In this document: positions 51,000 to 64,000 of the stretch, piece after piece
Layout: each line of letters begins with the position of its first letter
How positions within the stretch are numbered: the first letter of the stretch is position 1
The notes under the pieces: generated by a model
Databases searched by the model: none
Seen by the model: the letters and a program-made list of their open reading frames with translations, nothing else
What the model was told of the DNA's origin: nothing
DNA from: Eledone cirrhosa
Lineage: Eukaryota
Direction: 5' to 3'
DNA length: 64,000 nt
Assembly (NCBI GenBank): GCA_964016885.1
Contig: OZ024740.1
Span: 381,672,001-381,736,000, forward strand
Translations under genes and position numbers: made by a program

Positions 51000-53521
51000 A
51001 ACCCACCGACTCCCACTCTTATCTCGACTTCACCTCTTCTCACCCCACCCACACTAAACACTCCATTCCCTACTCCCAACTTTTCAGGATCCGCCGCCTC
51101 TGTAGCCGTGATGCTGACTTTGAGTCCCAGGCCCTTTCCCTAGTCAGCCATTTCATCCGCAGAGGTTACTCCCCCTCTCTCGTCCACACCGCTCTCACCC
51201 GCGCCCGTGCTGTCCCCCGCTCCACCACCCTCACCCCACACCACCGCACACCCACCCACCGTCTCCCCTTCCTCATCACCTACCACCCCTCCACCTTACC
51301 CCTCCACCGCACCATCCGTCGCCTCTTCCGACGCCGCCAGTCCGACCCCTCCACCTCTCACATCTTCCCAACCCCACCACTCCCCTCCTTCAAACGCGCA
51401 CGCAATCTCCGCACCCTCCTCGTCCACAGCTCCCTACCCCCCAACCCACGCTCTGTTTCCCCCCTCCGGTTCCTTTCCCTGTTCTAGGCCCCGCTGCAAC
51501 ACCTGTCCCCACATCACCAACACCACCACCTTCCAGGGTCCCAACGGCCACTCTCTCTCGGTCCGGCATGCCTTCCGCTGCACCTCCTCCAACCTAGTCT
51601 ACGGACTTATGTCAGACAGACGGGACGTCGCCTGGCGGACCGAGTCACAGAGCACCTCCGGGATATTCGTCTCGGGGGCAGTTCCCCCATCGCCCGCCAC
51701 TTTGGTGGCCCTGGACATTCCGCACACCATCTTACAGTCTGTGGCCTACTCCAGTGCCACGGAACCCCCGCCAATCGCCTTACGGTCGAACAACGAACTA
51801 TCTTCATCTTACAGACCCACACTCCCCCCGGCCTGAACTCCCCACCCTTATTCCTTTAGCCTTCGACCGCCCTCCTCCCCCCACACTTATCCCCCACTAA
51901 CACCACTAACACACCCCTCCTTTTCACCGCCCACCCCACAACTAACAATACTAACACCTCCACTCCACCCCTCATCTGACCACCCTTCCCCAACTAACAT
52001 ACCAACATCCCTTCCCTCCCCTCTTCTCCTCCTCCCCCATCCTTATCACACGCACACACCCACCGGCACATATATACACGCGCTCACACTAAACACACAC
52101 CCTACTACCACCACTAACCCTCACCCCCACACCTCTCACCCCCACACCTCTCACCCCCACACCTCTCACCCCCACCCCTCCATCCCACCACCCCGCAACT
52201 AACCTCACTAACACCACCTAACTCCAAGCACACGAACACACGCACCCACTTACACCACCCACCCCACACGCAACTAACATAACTAACACCCCAACCCCAC
52301 GCACACGTACCCACACACCCTCGTACACCACCAACTCTACACACCCTACCACCTCTAACCCCCACTCACACCTGCATTCAACCCCTCCCCACCTCCCGTA
52401 TACTAACACCCACTAACACCTCTTGATCAAACTACACACACACCAGTACACCACACTCCCTCCATAGAACCACACACACCCTTCTCTCCCCCGCTCCACC
52501 CACACCCTCGCTCCACACTCACTCATCCCACTAACACCACTACTAATACACACACACACACCCTCCTCACTCCAACTTTCACACCTACCCATCCTCGCCC
52601 CTTTACCATTCCACGGACTGCTGCTATGCCTCTGACCACCTCCCATCACAAACAGACCACAGCACTCCCACTGCTGACCACTTCTTGTTGCGCGCGCCCC
52701 CCACATCTCTACTCTTCCGACCATCGCTTCATGGAATACCCACACGCAGAAATCGACCAACAACCAATCCACTAAACATCTTCGGAATTTACCAACTTTT
52801 CAACCATCCTCTTACGTAATCACCTATATAACTCACCCACACACACACCCCAACAAATTCTTTTTCTGCACACGCCACCTACACCCACAACACGCTTAAA
52901 CCCCACACACACGTGCTTTCCACCACATATTTACACCCTCAGCCTCCTGATTCCTCTCCCCCCACCCCTCTATCCACACACGCACAGACACTCCGACCCA
53001 CAAACCCCCCCCCCCACACACACCTCTTCCTGAACATGCAACCCCGTTCTTCCTCCAACCCTTACTTTCACATACACACACACACACACACGCACACCTA
53101 CACACACACACCACCTTCAGCCCTCCCGCTCAGACACCCCGTCTCCCTCTCCCCACTCCACCCGCCACCACCCCTACACACACCACACCCTTCCACCACC
53201 TGTTTACCCCCCTTTTAATTTCAGTTTATTTTGATCATGCCTTTATTTTTAAATTTATCTCATTCCTTGTATTTTGATCATGCTTTATTTTTATTTTTAT
53301 CTTTATTTTTTATTTTTTCATTCGCACCGTTTCCTTTCGCTATATGTCTCTCCACCACTCCCCTACACACCCTTTGAACTCTGTTCCCACACACTTCCCA
53401 CCTGAGGAAGGGCTTATGCCCGAAACGTCGTCCCCCACCAACACCCCACTCTTCAGAGCGTGAAATTAATAAACATTCGTTGTACTGCCTCTCTGTTTTG
53501 TCCCTGTTCAAATTTTTCCAT
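51000..53521 (+). mobile_element. Penelope-like element, 5'-truncated: RT thumb, GIY-YIG, long C-rich 3' UTR and pLTR
   Basis: [68 protein letters not shown] and PPGLN. A deletion lies between VYG and YV. Confidence 0.93.
53400..53431 (+). ncRNA. Minimal hammerhead in the Penelope pLTR
   Basis: AC-CTGAGGA-A-GGGC-TTAT-GCCC-GAAAC-GTC-GT; AATAAA lies downstream at ~53468. Confidence 0.8.
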
Positions 53522-53805
53522 TATATATATATACGAAATTTACAGAAATTAATTTCGTCTCACATTTCTTGGGATCTGGTCCCAAACCTTTTTTCTATTC
53601 TCTTAGAATCTGGTCAAAGACAGATTTCTCTTAGGCTGTAAATATAGTTTATTTATAGTCTACAGAAAAAGAAAAATTTTCTAGTGGACTTAACTTAAGG
53701 AAAGTCAATATGTAATGCAGGTTATATATTACCTCCTTACAATTAGTTCAAATACATATGTAGGTTAACTGCATGACGGTTATAATACTTATATATATAT
53801 ATATA

Positions 53806-53995
53806 ATTGTTTCTACTTCTGGCACAAGGCCAGCAATTACCCAGTGCATTACTGGTACTTTATTTTATCGACCCCGTAAGGATGAAAAGCAAAGTTAACC
53901 TCGGCGGGATTTAAACTCAGAATGGCAAGGGCCGTAACTCTATACGTCAAAGCATGGCGTCCGACCCTCTACTGATACTGCCAATCCACCGCCCT
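53806..53995 (-). mobile_element. Full-length tRNA-derived Nin-type SINE inserted in (TA)n
   Basis: Head, core and tail are all present. Confidence 0.88.
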
Positions 53996-54222
53996 TATAT
54001 ATATATATATATATATATAAAATGTATGCATATATATATACTTATATATACATATACATATACATGTAAATATATAAAAGAATAGATATATTTGTTCTAG
54101 CCTAATTATTTAAAACAAAAAAAAATGCATGTATTATAGCTTAATATGTCAATTTATATTAAAATTAATTCCTTTATATACTAATTAAAGTTAAATTAGT
54201 TCTATATATATGTAGAGTATAT

Positions 54223-54810
54223 GTGTAGGACCGATCCGGTTATCGACTGAGTCCATTGTGCAGATGGTCTCGCCGTCTTCCTTCGAGGTGGAAGGGCAGG
54301 CGGTTTTCATCTGCCTGGTGGCCATGGCGAAAGTGATTCTGTGGTGGACAAGGTTAAAAGGGTTAAAGACAGACACTTTCCTCTTCGGCGAATCCCTAAT
54401 TAACTTTTTCAAGTTTCACTTGAAGAGCAAAATCAGGCTGGAGAGGCAAGTGGTGCCTTCTAGCAAGTTTGTTGAAAGGTGGGTGAATGTAGCGAGAATG
54501 GTCCGAGCGAACGGGACCGCTCTGAATATACGTCTGTAGTTTGAGAGATGGAAAAACTGAGAGAGGGCGCTTGCCCTGGTGGTCAGGGTAGCCGTGGTCT
54601 TTTGTGTGGGTTTCCCCCCTATTGGGGAATTTTTCATTGTTTCAATTTTCATTTTTATTGTTTATATATATATATATGTTTCTATGTCCTTTTTTTTCTT
54701 TTCTTATATAAATAATAAACATATTTACAAGCACAAAACCCACATCGTACCGCCCTGTACTGTCTGTAATGTTTTTCTTGATGTCAGCCCTTGTAGCCAA
54801 TAAAGAAATC
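54223..54810 (+). mobile_element. Tx1-clade LINE copy H, 3' fragment
   Basis: WWTRLKGLKTDTFLFGESLINFFKFHL..RWVNVARM; AATAAA followed by (ATT)n. Confidence 0.92.
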
Positions 54811-55069
54811 ATTATTATTATTATTATTGGTCTAAGCGGACGTATTTTGCCCGCTCCCAGTAAGTCGCTTTATTTGCCTGTTAAAATTATTTGTTGTTAA
54901 ATATTTATTGTTGTGTAAGGGATATAAGCCCTTAGCCCTTGCCCTGTGAATGGGGATAGTATAATATTTGGGCCTTTTCGCCCAAATATTTGAATTACTT
55001 TTACATGTTACTACATTTACGGAGAAAAAAAAGCATGGCTGAACCACGCCCCCCCCCCCCCCCGCGATA

Positions 55070-56982
55070 TGTCTGCTGTCGTGCGACAACGACGTGGAAG
55101 TTGAGAGGAGCGCTACAGCGAAATTAACACAAATTGATACACAAACACCACCACAAACAATGTAAACAAAGACACCAATGATACCAATGAGAACTCTAAT
55201 TTTGAAAAAAATGACAGTAACGGCGACAACGAAAATACAGATAAAGAAAAAAAAATAACAAATACAACAACAATATCAACACCACTAACATGAAAACAAA
55301 TAGCGACAACACCAACAGCAACAATACCAACTGCACCGAGAACAACGGTGGCAAAAAAGCGACAGAGCTAACAACAACACCAACAACAACGACCACAACA
55401 CCTTCAACGAAAACAAGAAGAACACTTTCGCTGCGGCAGCAGCAAAAAAGAGGCCATGCTTCAATATGGACCTCTCAAACAAAGATGAAAAGTTGGCCCA
55501 GGCATGGAAGCTCATCAAGCAAGACCAAACCTTGGCCAACTTAACTGTCCAGGTAGAAGCTATTGAGGCAGTAGAGCGCAGAGCGGTGCATTATAGATGC
55601 ATCTCAGCACAAAATAAAAGGGCAGCTTTAATCCCACAAGAAGATGTCGAATTCGCGCTGAGGTGCATCAGAGAAGACACCGAAGACGTAGAGGGGGGCA
55701 GACAGTACGGTACCATTTCGGTGTTGTTCAAGTCAGAAGCCCTCACTATGAAACACGCTATGATACCTTGCAAAACCAGCAAGGTCATAATGTACCCCTC
55801 CCACATGGGAAAAAGAACGGCCAATCTCGGCATTCCCAGAATCCCACCAGGACTTGACATGTGGTGGCTTCTGGGATGTGAGATTGTAGAGGGGACGGGT
55901 ACCGTCCCTATAGAAGTGACCAGAACGGCCAGAGAAGACTGGTCCGGGGTTGACCTGGAGATCCTTCTCCAGATCAGGCCCGAGAATGTGAAGACAATCC
56001 CAGACCACATCCGCCTTCAGAATGGGACTGTCATTCACATTATGACCGAAGGCAAAAGGCCGCAGTGTTTTGTTTGTGGGGAAAAACCCATTTGCGAGCC
56101 TTCTGCCCTCAACTGCTGAAAGAGGCAAGGGGTCGAAAGGCTCCACTGCCTGCGGACGCCGGGGCGAAGACCACAACCAACACCGGCACCGGCAAAACCA
56201 CCAACAACAACACCAATAGAAAGACCACCACCAACATTGACCACCCAGGGGGGAAACGAGGAAAGCTGTCAAATTCCCCCTCCCACAAAAAAGAAACACA
56301 CCAATAAAACCATAAACATACATACAGACACACTTAGAGACACTGACCCCTCATCTACCAGTAGTGAAGATGAGGGAAAACCAAAATCCCCCAAAATACA
56401 AAAAAGGAAACAAAAAGAAAAAAAAAACTCAACAAAGCACAAAATAACCGACCATAAAAAACGCAGACACCACCCACGCAAACATCTCTCCAATAACACC
56501 AACATCAACACCACCATCACCAGAATCCTCCAAACGTAAACAGCCTAAACAGACGCAAGAACAAATATACACACAAACATCTGAAACCACAGACACCGCA
56601 CTCACAACAAACACAGATACAACCGAAACAACACCACCAAATCCATCACCACCACAACCACGCAAACAAATAAAATCACACCAACAAAACATACAAAACT
56701 TCGTGCTCGTCAGGAGGGCCAACAAGGAACTGATGGCCCTCGTAGCACGAAGTGAATATATACAAAAAATTTTAAATCGAACACATTTCGCGTGCCGGAA
56801 GATTTGGTTCTGGTACGAATGTCGCTCAATATATTCAAAGAAATACGAGACAGCTTTCCTCGGGACGTGGGAACCCCGAACGTAAAACCCACTTCAGTCT
56901 TTTAAAGGGGTTCCCAAAAGAAACCCCACCAACTATGGAGGTCGAACCACCCGACCTTCATAAGAGCCCAGAAGGTAAGTAA
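55070..56982 (+). pseudogene. Copy I ORF1, frameshifted
   Basis: ORF 55466-56119, knuckle CFVCG-x-THLRAFC across a frameshift, ending ..SPEGK*. Confidence 0.78.
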
Positions 56983-57019
56983 ACCTTCCTCTCTTTCTTT
57001 TTCTTTTTAACCTGCCAAC

Positions 57020-60000
57020 ATGGTCGTATTAAGAGTAGGATGTTTAAATGTTCGAGACCTGGGATCGTCCTGGAAGCAGGGTCACCTGCTCAACGACCTC
57101 AGGTCTATAGAAATGGATGTAATTGCCGTCAGCGAATCCAGAATTTCCGACACGCGCGCACTAGCCCCCATTTTCGACGACTATCAGATCTGTGCATCTG
57201 TTATCCGGCCGGGAATGGGAGGCGGGGTGGCAGTGCTGTTTAGGAAAGGCCTGGATCTCGAGGTAAGGTCTATCTTCCGGGACCCGGAGCGGAAGTTGGT
57301 GGTCCTGGACGTGAACAATAATGAAGGTGGTGCCTTTAGACTGGTGGCCTTCTATGCTCCTACTGGGACAGAACGGCCGGATTTCTTTAGACGCCTGGAA
57401 GTTTTTCTGGGTACGTCTCGCCCTTTACTGTTAGCGGGGAACTGGAACGGCATCTTAGACGCACGCGGGGACTGTGTGGGAGCATCCGATAGGAGCGGAA
57501 GGTGCAAAAGCCTCAATATACTGATCAGTCTGTTCCAACTGTCTGACAGGTACCGACTAGATTTCCCTAATGCGCCAGTGTGGACCTGAGCTAACCGCAT
57601 AGGATCATCTAGATCGTATATAGACAGGATATTCATTAGGAAATAGACAGAAATAGTGTAAGCTGTGCACGTTTTGAAACGGTCGCCTATTCAGATCACA
57701 AGTTTGTGATCTGTATGGTCGACCTAGATAAGACACGTAGGTTAGGACCTGGTTACTGGAAGCTAAACATGTCATTTCCGGCACGTAAGGCTTACAGGGA
57801 CCAGGTAAACAATTTAGTTAAGAAAAAGTTGACAGGGGGAGTCGTCAACAATAGATGGGGGGGGGGCTCTCAAAAGAGAGATTAGAGTAATGTCGATAGA
57901 GTTTCGCAAAGAAGTAGCGTTAGAGAAAAATAGAAAGGAGGGGGAGTTGGTAGATAAGTTAGACGAGACTATTGGTAGTGGCATTGCAACTGACGTGCTA
58001 GCGGCGAGAATGGTATTAGACCATTTCTTCAATGGGAAACACGAAGGTTGTATTGTCAGAGCTAAGGCGCGTGCTCTGAGAAACGAGGGAACCAAAGCTG
58101 TTCGATGGGCCCGCGTGGCAGAGGCGCAGCGTGGTAATAAAAACACGATTCGGTCTTTGACGGACCGAGACGGGCACGAGCTGAGCGATTCCAAGAGGAT
58201 GTGTGAGGCCTTTCGCCAACATTTTGCTCGGTTGTTCGGGGCAAGTGGAGGGTCAGAGATGGTGGCGGACTCAGTCCCTACCTCGATGGCTTGCCGCAAC
58301 TCTCGACGGCTGACGCTGGGCGCTGCGAAAGGCCGATTACTTCAGCCGAGATTCAGGATGCCCTTGTCGGCTGCATGATGCGCAAGTCACCCGATTTGGA
58401 TGATCTGCCCTACGAACTTTACGTAAATATGCCAGACTTGTCTCCAATCACCTCGAAGCCCTCTAATGCAACTGGCAGCAAAACTGGAGTATTCCCAGTT
58501 CTGTGAGCCGGGGCGCAGTGACGTTGATAAAGAAAGACGAGAACAAGAGGGACACATTAGACAATTTCAGGCGCATAACTCTGCTCAACACAGAGTTTAA
58601 GATTTGGGCCAGGGTGTTAGCGAAGAGGTTGGTGCTTGTCGTCGGGATTTGGTTGGGCAGGCGCAAACTTGCGCAATCCCAACCAGATCCATACACGACA
58701 ACCTTCACCTAATGCGATACATCATAGAGAGGGTAGGGTGTAAACCTGGCTTCGGTGGGGCCCTGATCAATTTAGATCAATCGAAAGCATTCGATAGGGT
58801 CGACCATCGGTACCTGGAGGCTGTCCTCAAGGCGGCTGACTTCGACCCCGTCTTCAGAAGCTGGATCGCTGCAATGCACATCGGCACCTGCTCGATGGTC
58901 AAAATTAATGGCCACCTCACAGAACCGTTTCAGGTCTCCCGATCGGTCCGTCAAGGATGCCCTCTCTCCTCCCTCCTGTACGTATTGACTCTCGAGCCTT
59001 TACTGCGGAAGCTGGAGCTGTTGCAGGGCATCCCGCTCGAACCGGGACGCGGAAAGGCTGTGTCGGCTTATGCGGACGACATCACCGTGATAGTGTCGGA
59101 CACCTCAGAAATCGAGGTGGTCGACAACTTATTGGAGGAATATGAAAGGTTGACGGGAGCAAAACTTAACCCGGAAAAGTCAGAGGGCTTGCAACTCGGC
59201 ACCTGGAGAGGCATGTCCATGCCGTCCAACAGCGTCGTTAGGTGCTGGATGGGCGGACCGGTAAAGTTGCTAGGGGTTTGGTTCGGGCCAGACCTCCAGG
59301 TGGATAAAAATTGGGACGAGGTGACGGGCAGGGTATTCAGTCTAACCCAGAAATTGGCTGGGATGAAGCTATCACTGAAAGGTCGGGCGGAGGTGTGGAA
59401 CTCGTACATCGCGTCCGTCATCTACTACTGTCGTCCCTTGCCCCCGTTCGCGCCTCGCCATCTTGGAGCGGCGGGTCTTCAAATTCTTGTGGAGGGGTCA
59501 GGTTCCGCTGGTGAGGCGGTCCATCTGCTGCTAGCACCCTCTACATGGATGGCTGGGCATGCCGTGGCTAATGATGCGCAGGCACGCGCTGAGGCTGCAG
59601 CATCTCCAGATATTCTGCCTAAACGGTGAACAGGTGCGGTCGCCATTTGTCAGACGGGCCTTTTCGCAGCTCGTTTCTTTGACTGAGTTGCAGTCCTGGG
59701 TCAAGAAGAGACCGAGACTGGGTGACTGGCATCTGGAATGTTGCCAGGCACTCACTGCCCTCTACCAGGCAGGCAATGCGGTCAGTGGAACTTCCACTCT
59801 CGAGTTCTATAGAGGATTAGTGGTGGGCAAATGCGTCGACACACTCGGAGAGGCTCTGGGAGTCAACGAAGTCGAACTAACCAGTCTGTACCGGAGGACT
59901 TTCGAGCCGGGGACGATGGATAATTTCCAAAAATCCCTCGCTTGGCAGTGCTACCGGGGGGTACTGCCGGTTCGAGATAAACTCTACAGGCACGGAATTG

Positions 60001-60143
60001 CAGTCAGACGGACCTACCCGATATGCGCGGAGAGCGACGAAACCGTTCTGCACGCACTCGTCCAGTGTCCGTGCATTACTGACTTGTGGAGTTATGTCGA
60101 ACAGCTGTTGTCGCGTGTAGAACAGACCCGGCTATCGTTATAA
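57020..60143 (+). pseudogene. Copy I ORF2 (APE + RT), disrupted
   Basis: CLNVRDL, AVSES, LDQSKAFDRVDH, RQGCPLS and YADDIT, with several stops and frameshifts. Confidence 0.93.
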
Positions 60144-60277
60144 TATTGTTGTTATTGATATTCATATTGTTTACTTGATTTTTTTGTAAAACCCCACTGT
60201 CCCAGTCTTTTGTATTGTCCCCTATATGTCGGCCCTTGTGACCAATAAATTAAATCATTATTATTATTATTATTATA

Positions 60278-60485
60278 TTGGTAGTATTGGATGGGTGCCA
60301 CTTAACATGCTTTGCAGCATAGAGATACGGACCTTTACGATCTGAGTTCAAATCCCTCTGAAGTTAGCGTTGCCTTTCATTCTGACGGGGTCGATAAAAT
60401 AAAGCACCAGTAATGCACTGGGGTCAATTTAATCGACTTTCCCCTACCTCCAAATTACTGGCCTTGTGCCTGTAGTAGAAATCAT
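60278..60485 (+). mobile_element. tRNA-derived Nin-type SINE
   Basis: B box GAGTTCAAATCCC, core and tail. Confidence 0.85.
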
Positions 60486-60863
60486 TTTTGTAATTATTGT
60501 AAGAGATATATATATATTGAAGGTGACAGTAACTTCGAAGTCTTAGTGCTCTATTTTTAAACGTGGGTGTTATATAATAGCTCATTTACTTTCAGTAGAT
60601 AAGTAGTATATTTCTAAGGATTTGTTCACTGGAAGGATGAAACGTTCATGAATTTTACAATGGATTCTATTTCACTGAAGGGTAGCCATTAATAGCATTT
60701 GGATATTACTATTAAAATCGTAAAGCAATGCGCCAAACTAAAGTGAATTCTACTGACATATATAATACAATATTTGAAATACATACACCCATATACACAC
60801 ACGCATACATATATACACACACGCGCGCACAAATGCACACACCACACATACATACACTCACAG

Positions 60864-60911
<48 letters not shown>

Positions 60912-60912
<1 letters not shown>

Positions 60913-61030
60913 ATTGTTTCTACTTTAGGCACAAGGCCAGCAATTATCCAGTGCATTACTGGCACTTTATTTTATCGACCCCGTAAGGATGAAAGGCAAA
61001 GTTAACCTCGGTGCGATTTGAACTCGGTCC
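60912..61030 (-). mobile_element. Nin-type SINE, 5'-truncated
   Basis: Tail, core and B box. Confidence 0.82.
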
Positions 61031-61624
61031 GTAAAGTAACTTTGATATATATATATATATAATACATGTGTATTAGGATACACGCATATACAAGTACTTT
61101 AGAGAATCAATGGCATTTATACACCAGAAATGTCTTCATTGGGACAATGACTGAAAGAAATTCAAAAGAAAGTCTGAGATGTTACTACATTTCTTTAATC
61201 GGAATCGTATTTAAATGACAACGCGCACATAATTCGAACACTTTAGCTATGATAATAATAAGGTGGCAAAATTGTGTAATATGCAGGAAATAAAGCTCTA
61301 ATATGATGCACGACAGTTGTGAGGTGAAAGTTTTATACTAAATGCTTCTAGAAAATATAATATATCTCCTGTGCATACCTTGTGATGTATACAAAAAGAA
61401 AGGGACACTATACAATTGATAACACTATTCAACTGATATTCAACAATATGTAAACACGCATTCGCGTATGTTATATCAGTTCAAGCCTAATATTATATAT
61501 CGATGTAACGATTAATGTGTATGACCACAAATGACAACTAGAAATGCATTGGAAAATATATTATTAGCAATACCGTGCCCAATAAATGAAAAAGAATAGT
61601 CTGTATATCAACGCAGCAACTCAC

Positions 61625-61627
<3 letters not shown>

Positions 61628-61717
<90 letters not shown>
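61628..61717. repeat. (GT)n microsatellite
   Basis: Direct reading. Confidence 0.97.
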
Positions 61718-61718
<1 letters not shown>

Positions 61719-62336
61719 TATGTGTGAGTGTATGTGCATAGTGTGTCTATGTGTGAGTATATGTGCATAGTGTGTATGTGTGTGGCTCTACGTATATAAT
61801 GTTAGAAGATGTATCATGGCCGAGCCCGAGTTTCAGCTCTTAACACGTTCTTCATTACTTCATACACCCCTCAGGTTCATGCAGATGCGTGGCGCATAGT
61901 TTTGTGATGATCTTTATATCTTGGGTAGAAGTGGAAGTCGTTTTATAGACGTTTCAATTGGTAAGTTTCAACCCAACAGAATGAACTACTCATTATTGGT
62001 CTACCAGGATCTATCAAGTTATCAGGTGCGACCGAATTATAATGAAGTTGAATAAAATTGAGCAAATGCATCCAGGAGATGGGGTATGTACGTAGAAATA
62101 TGGTATAACAATAGTGGTTGAAAATTTGCCGAAATTCTGCGGGTGAGAAACGTTCCTGAATTTACACATTGCTGTATATGTATCACTTATCTTGACTCTT
62201 GTCTCCATAAATAATTAAACAACTTGGCATTCATCGATAAAATTACGTATTCATACAAACACAAATATACATTTATAGACCAGACATAGAAAAACAATTT
62301 CTACTATGTTTTGTTTAGAAGTCCAGGAACAAATAA

Positions 62337-62366
62337 CCGATGACGATCGGTGATCAAACCAGTCGA
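62337..62366 (+). ncRNA. Degenerate hammerhead-like motif
   Basis: CCGATGA-C-GATC-GGT-GATC-AAAC-CA-GTC; the G of GAAA is missing. Confidence 0.35.
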
Positions 62367-62459
62367 ATAGTTGTGCGTGTATAAAAACTGAAAAATGAGG
62401 CCTTTCTCTCAAGATAACGTCAATATACACATACGGATATAGTTACGGGCATACCGCCC

Positions 62460-62643
<184 letters not shown>

Positions 62644-63112
62644 GAATACCCCCTCCGCCTCGGTGGTATTTTTTTCAGGGTTATAAGGTGCTTAGCTCTG
62701 TTTCTTGACTTCTGTATCACGTGATTGACTCTCCCTCCGCCTTTTCGAGATTCTATCTCGCGCATTGCAGACGTGTTTTGAAATCCTTAATGAGGTATCC
62801 CCTTGATAAGTAAGCAGAACCTCACAAAGACTCTATATCTCTATGATCTAGTGTTTCTGCATAATATGCCACGAAACTACGTAGTCGGGGACTATAGAAA
62901 CAGCTAGGTATGATATATCTTATTACTAATTATATCTAATGTTTTTCTCTTCATAATGTACTATATAGCTCTGATACTGAATCAGTCTAATCCATTCGAA
63001 TTGTTTTGTCCCAGTTATTCGGTTGAGGTTGGCACCACTAACTTAGGGATATGTGTGGATATATTCATGTATATGTATGTGTCCGCATGTATCTGTATGT
63101 TTCTCTCTATAT

Positions 63113-63213
<101 letters not shown>

Positions 63214-63415
63214 ACATATAAAAACAATAAGTATATGTCAACAGGTTAAAATTAAATTCTTTTATTCATAGTCGCTGTTATATATATTCCGGTGATAACC
63301 GTTATGCAACAGCTATGGTCTTATCAGATAGCTAGATTTGAACAGAGTAAAACATAAAAACATAAAAAATGAATTACAGCTTTCTTCTGTTGAATAATAT
63401 ATATATATATATATA

Positions 63416-63543
63416 TAAACGGAAAAAATGAAACGAAATTTCATTTCTCACTCTTAGTACGGCTGTTACTTAAATATAAGTATGTATACATACAAACATA
63501 TATGTATACAGACGTACAGTAGTATGTATATATATACATACAT

Positions 63544-63587
<44 letters not shown>

Positions 63588-64000
63588 GTATGGATTTACC
63601 GAACATTTATTATGATGCTCGGTGTGTTTGTAAACAAACATCCCGTACTAAGAGTGAGAAATGAAATTTCGTTTCATTTTTTCCGTTTATCGTTTTCGGT
63701 GCGCCCGGCCGATTAACTTACTCGATATGCAAATTAGGCTGCTCAGCCGTTAATATGCATAAGGAAAATATATATTTTCAGACGTTCAATCATCTGGCAG
63801 GAAGGTATACGGTGCTGACGATAGCTAATAAGCTTGAAACTAGTACATCGTTCCTTTGTCAGTGTTGAACAAAAGAGCAACGATGGATGCTAAACACTGT
63901 ACGGTTTAATTCGGGATGTTTGTTTACACACACACCGAGCATTATAATAAATGTTCGGTAAATCCATACGTACATATATATATGTGTGCATGTATGTATA
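63416..64000 (+). mobile_element. Retrozyme-like element, copy 3, with 5' inverted segment, running off the window
   Basis: 63416-63645 is the inverted 3' half. The forward unit starts at 63643 and has the octamer at 63727-63734. Confidence 0.88.
63809..63851 (+). ncRNA. Minimal type I hammerhead ribozyme, intact
   Basis: ACGGTG-CTGACGA-T-AGCT-AATA-AGCT-T-GAAAC-TA-GTA-CATCGT; predicted cut after 63845. Confidence 0.9.

Larger units (their letters stand above)
54829..60256 (+). mobile_element. Tx1-clade LINE copy I, near full length, flanked by (ATT)n
   Basis: 5' UTR, ORF1 and ORF2 are present; a small deletion removes the ORF2 end at ~60140. Confidence 0.95.

Noticed and set aside
53900-53995. 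tRNA gene suggested by A/B boxes
   Set aside because: It is a SINE head joined to core and tail, with no full cloverleaf.
61874-61960. Possible exon bounded by CAG and GTAAGT (also ~49728-49762)
   Set aside because: All three frames are closed at 61874-61960, the other is very short, and there is no gene context.

Overview
This AT-rich, microsatellite-dense animal genomic DNA has a repeat inventory typical of an octopus or other cephalopod (inferred from the SINEs, not proven). No host gene can be supported. About half of the window is decayed Tx1/L1-clade LINEs: nine copies or fragments, two of them near full length. They fall into subfamilies that sit in (TATC)n or (TTA)n microsatellites. 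The rest includes a 4 x 504-bp tandem array built from a LINE-LINE chimeric junction, Penelope-like (PLE) remnants, RTE-derived non-autonomous elements, tRNA/Nin-type SINEs, a maT (DD37D) transposase remnant, a CRE-type fragment and a pogo-type MITE. Two signals are not explained by the ORF track. First, more than a dozen type I hammerhead ribozyme motifs fall into several families, including a ~440-nt retrozyme-like unit with an octamer motif and three fold-back elements with a hammerhead in each arm. Second, every retained Tx1 ORF1/ORF2 junction carries a perfect AG|GTAAGT splice donor overlapping the ORF1 stop, and most ORF2 stops are TAG in an acceptor-like context. This suggests the whole ORF2 may be spliced out as an intron. 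Coordinates were read by eye and element edges are approximate.
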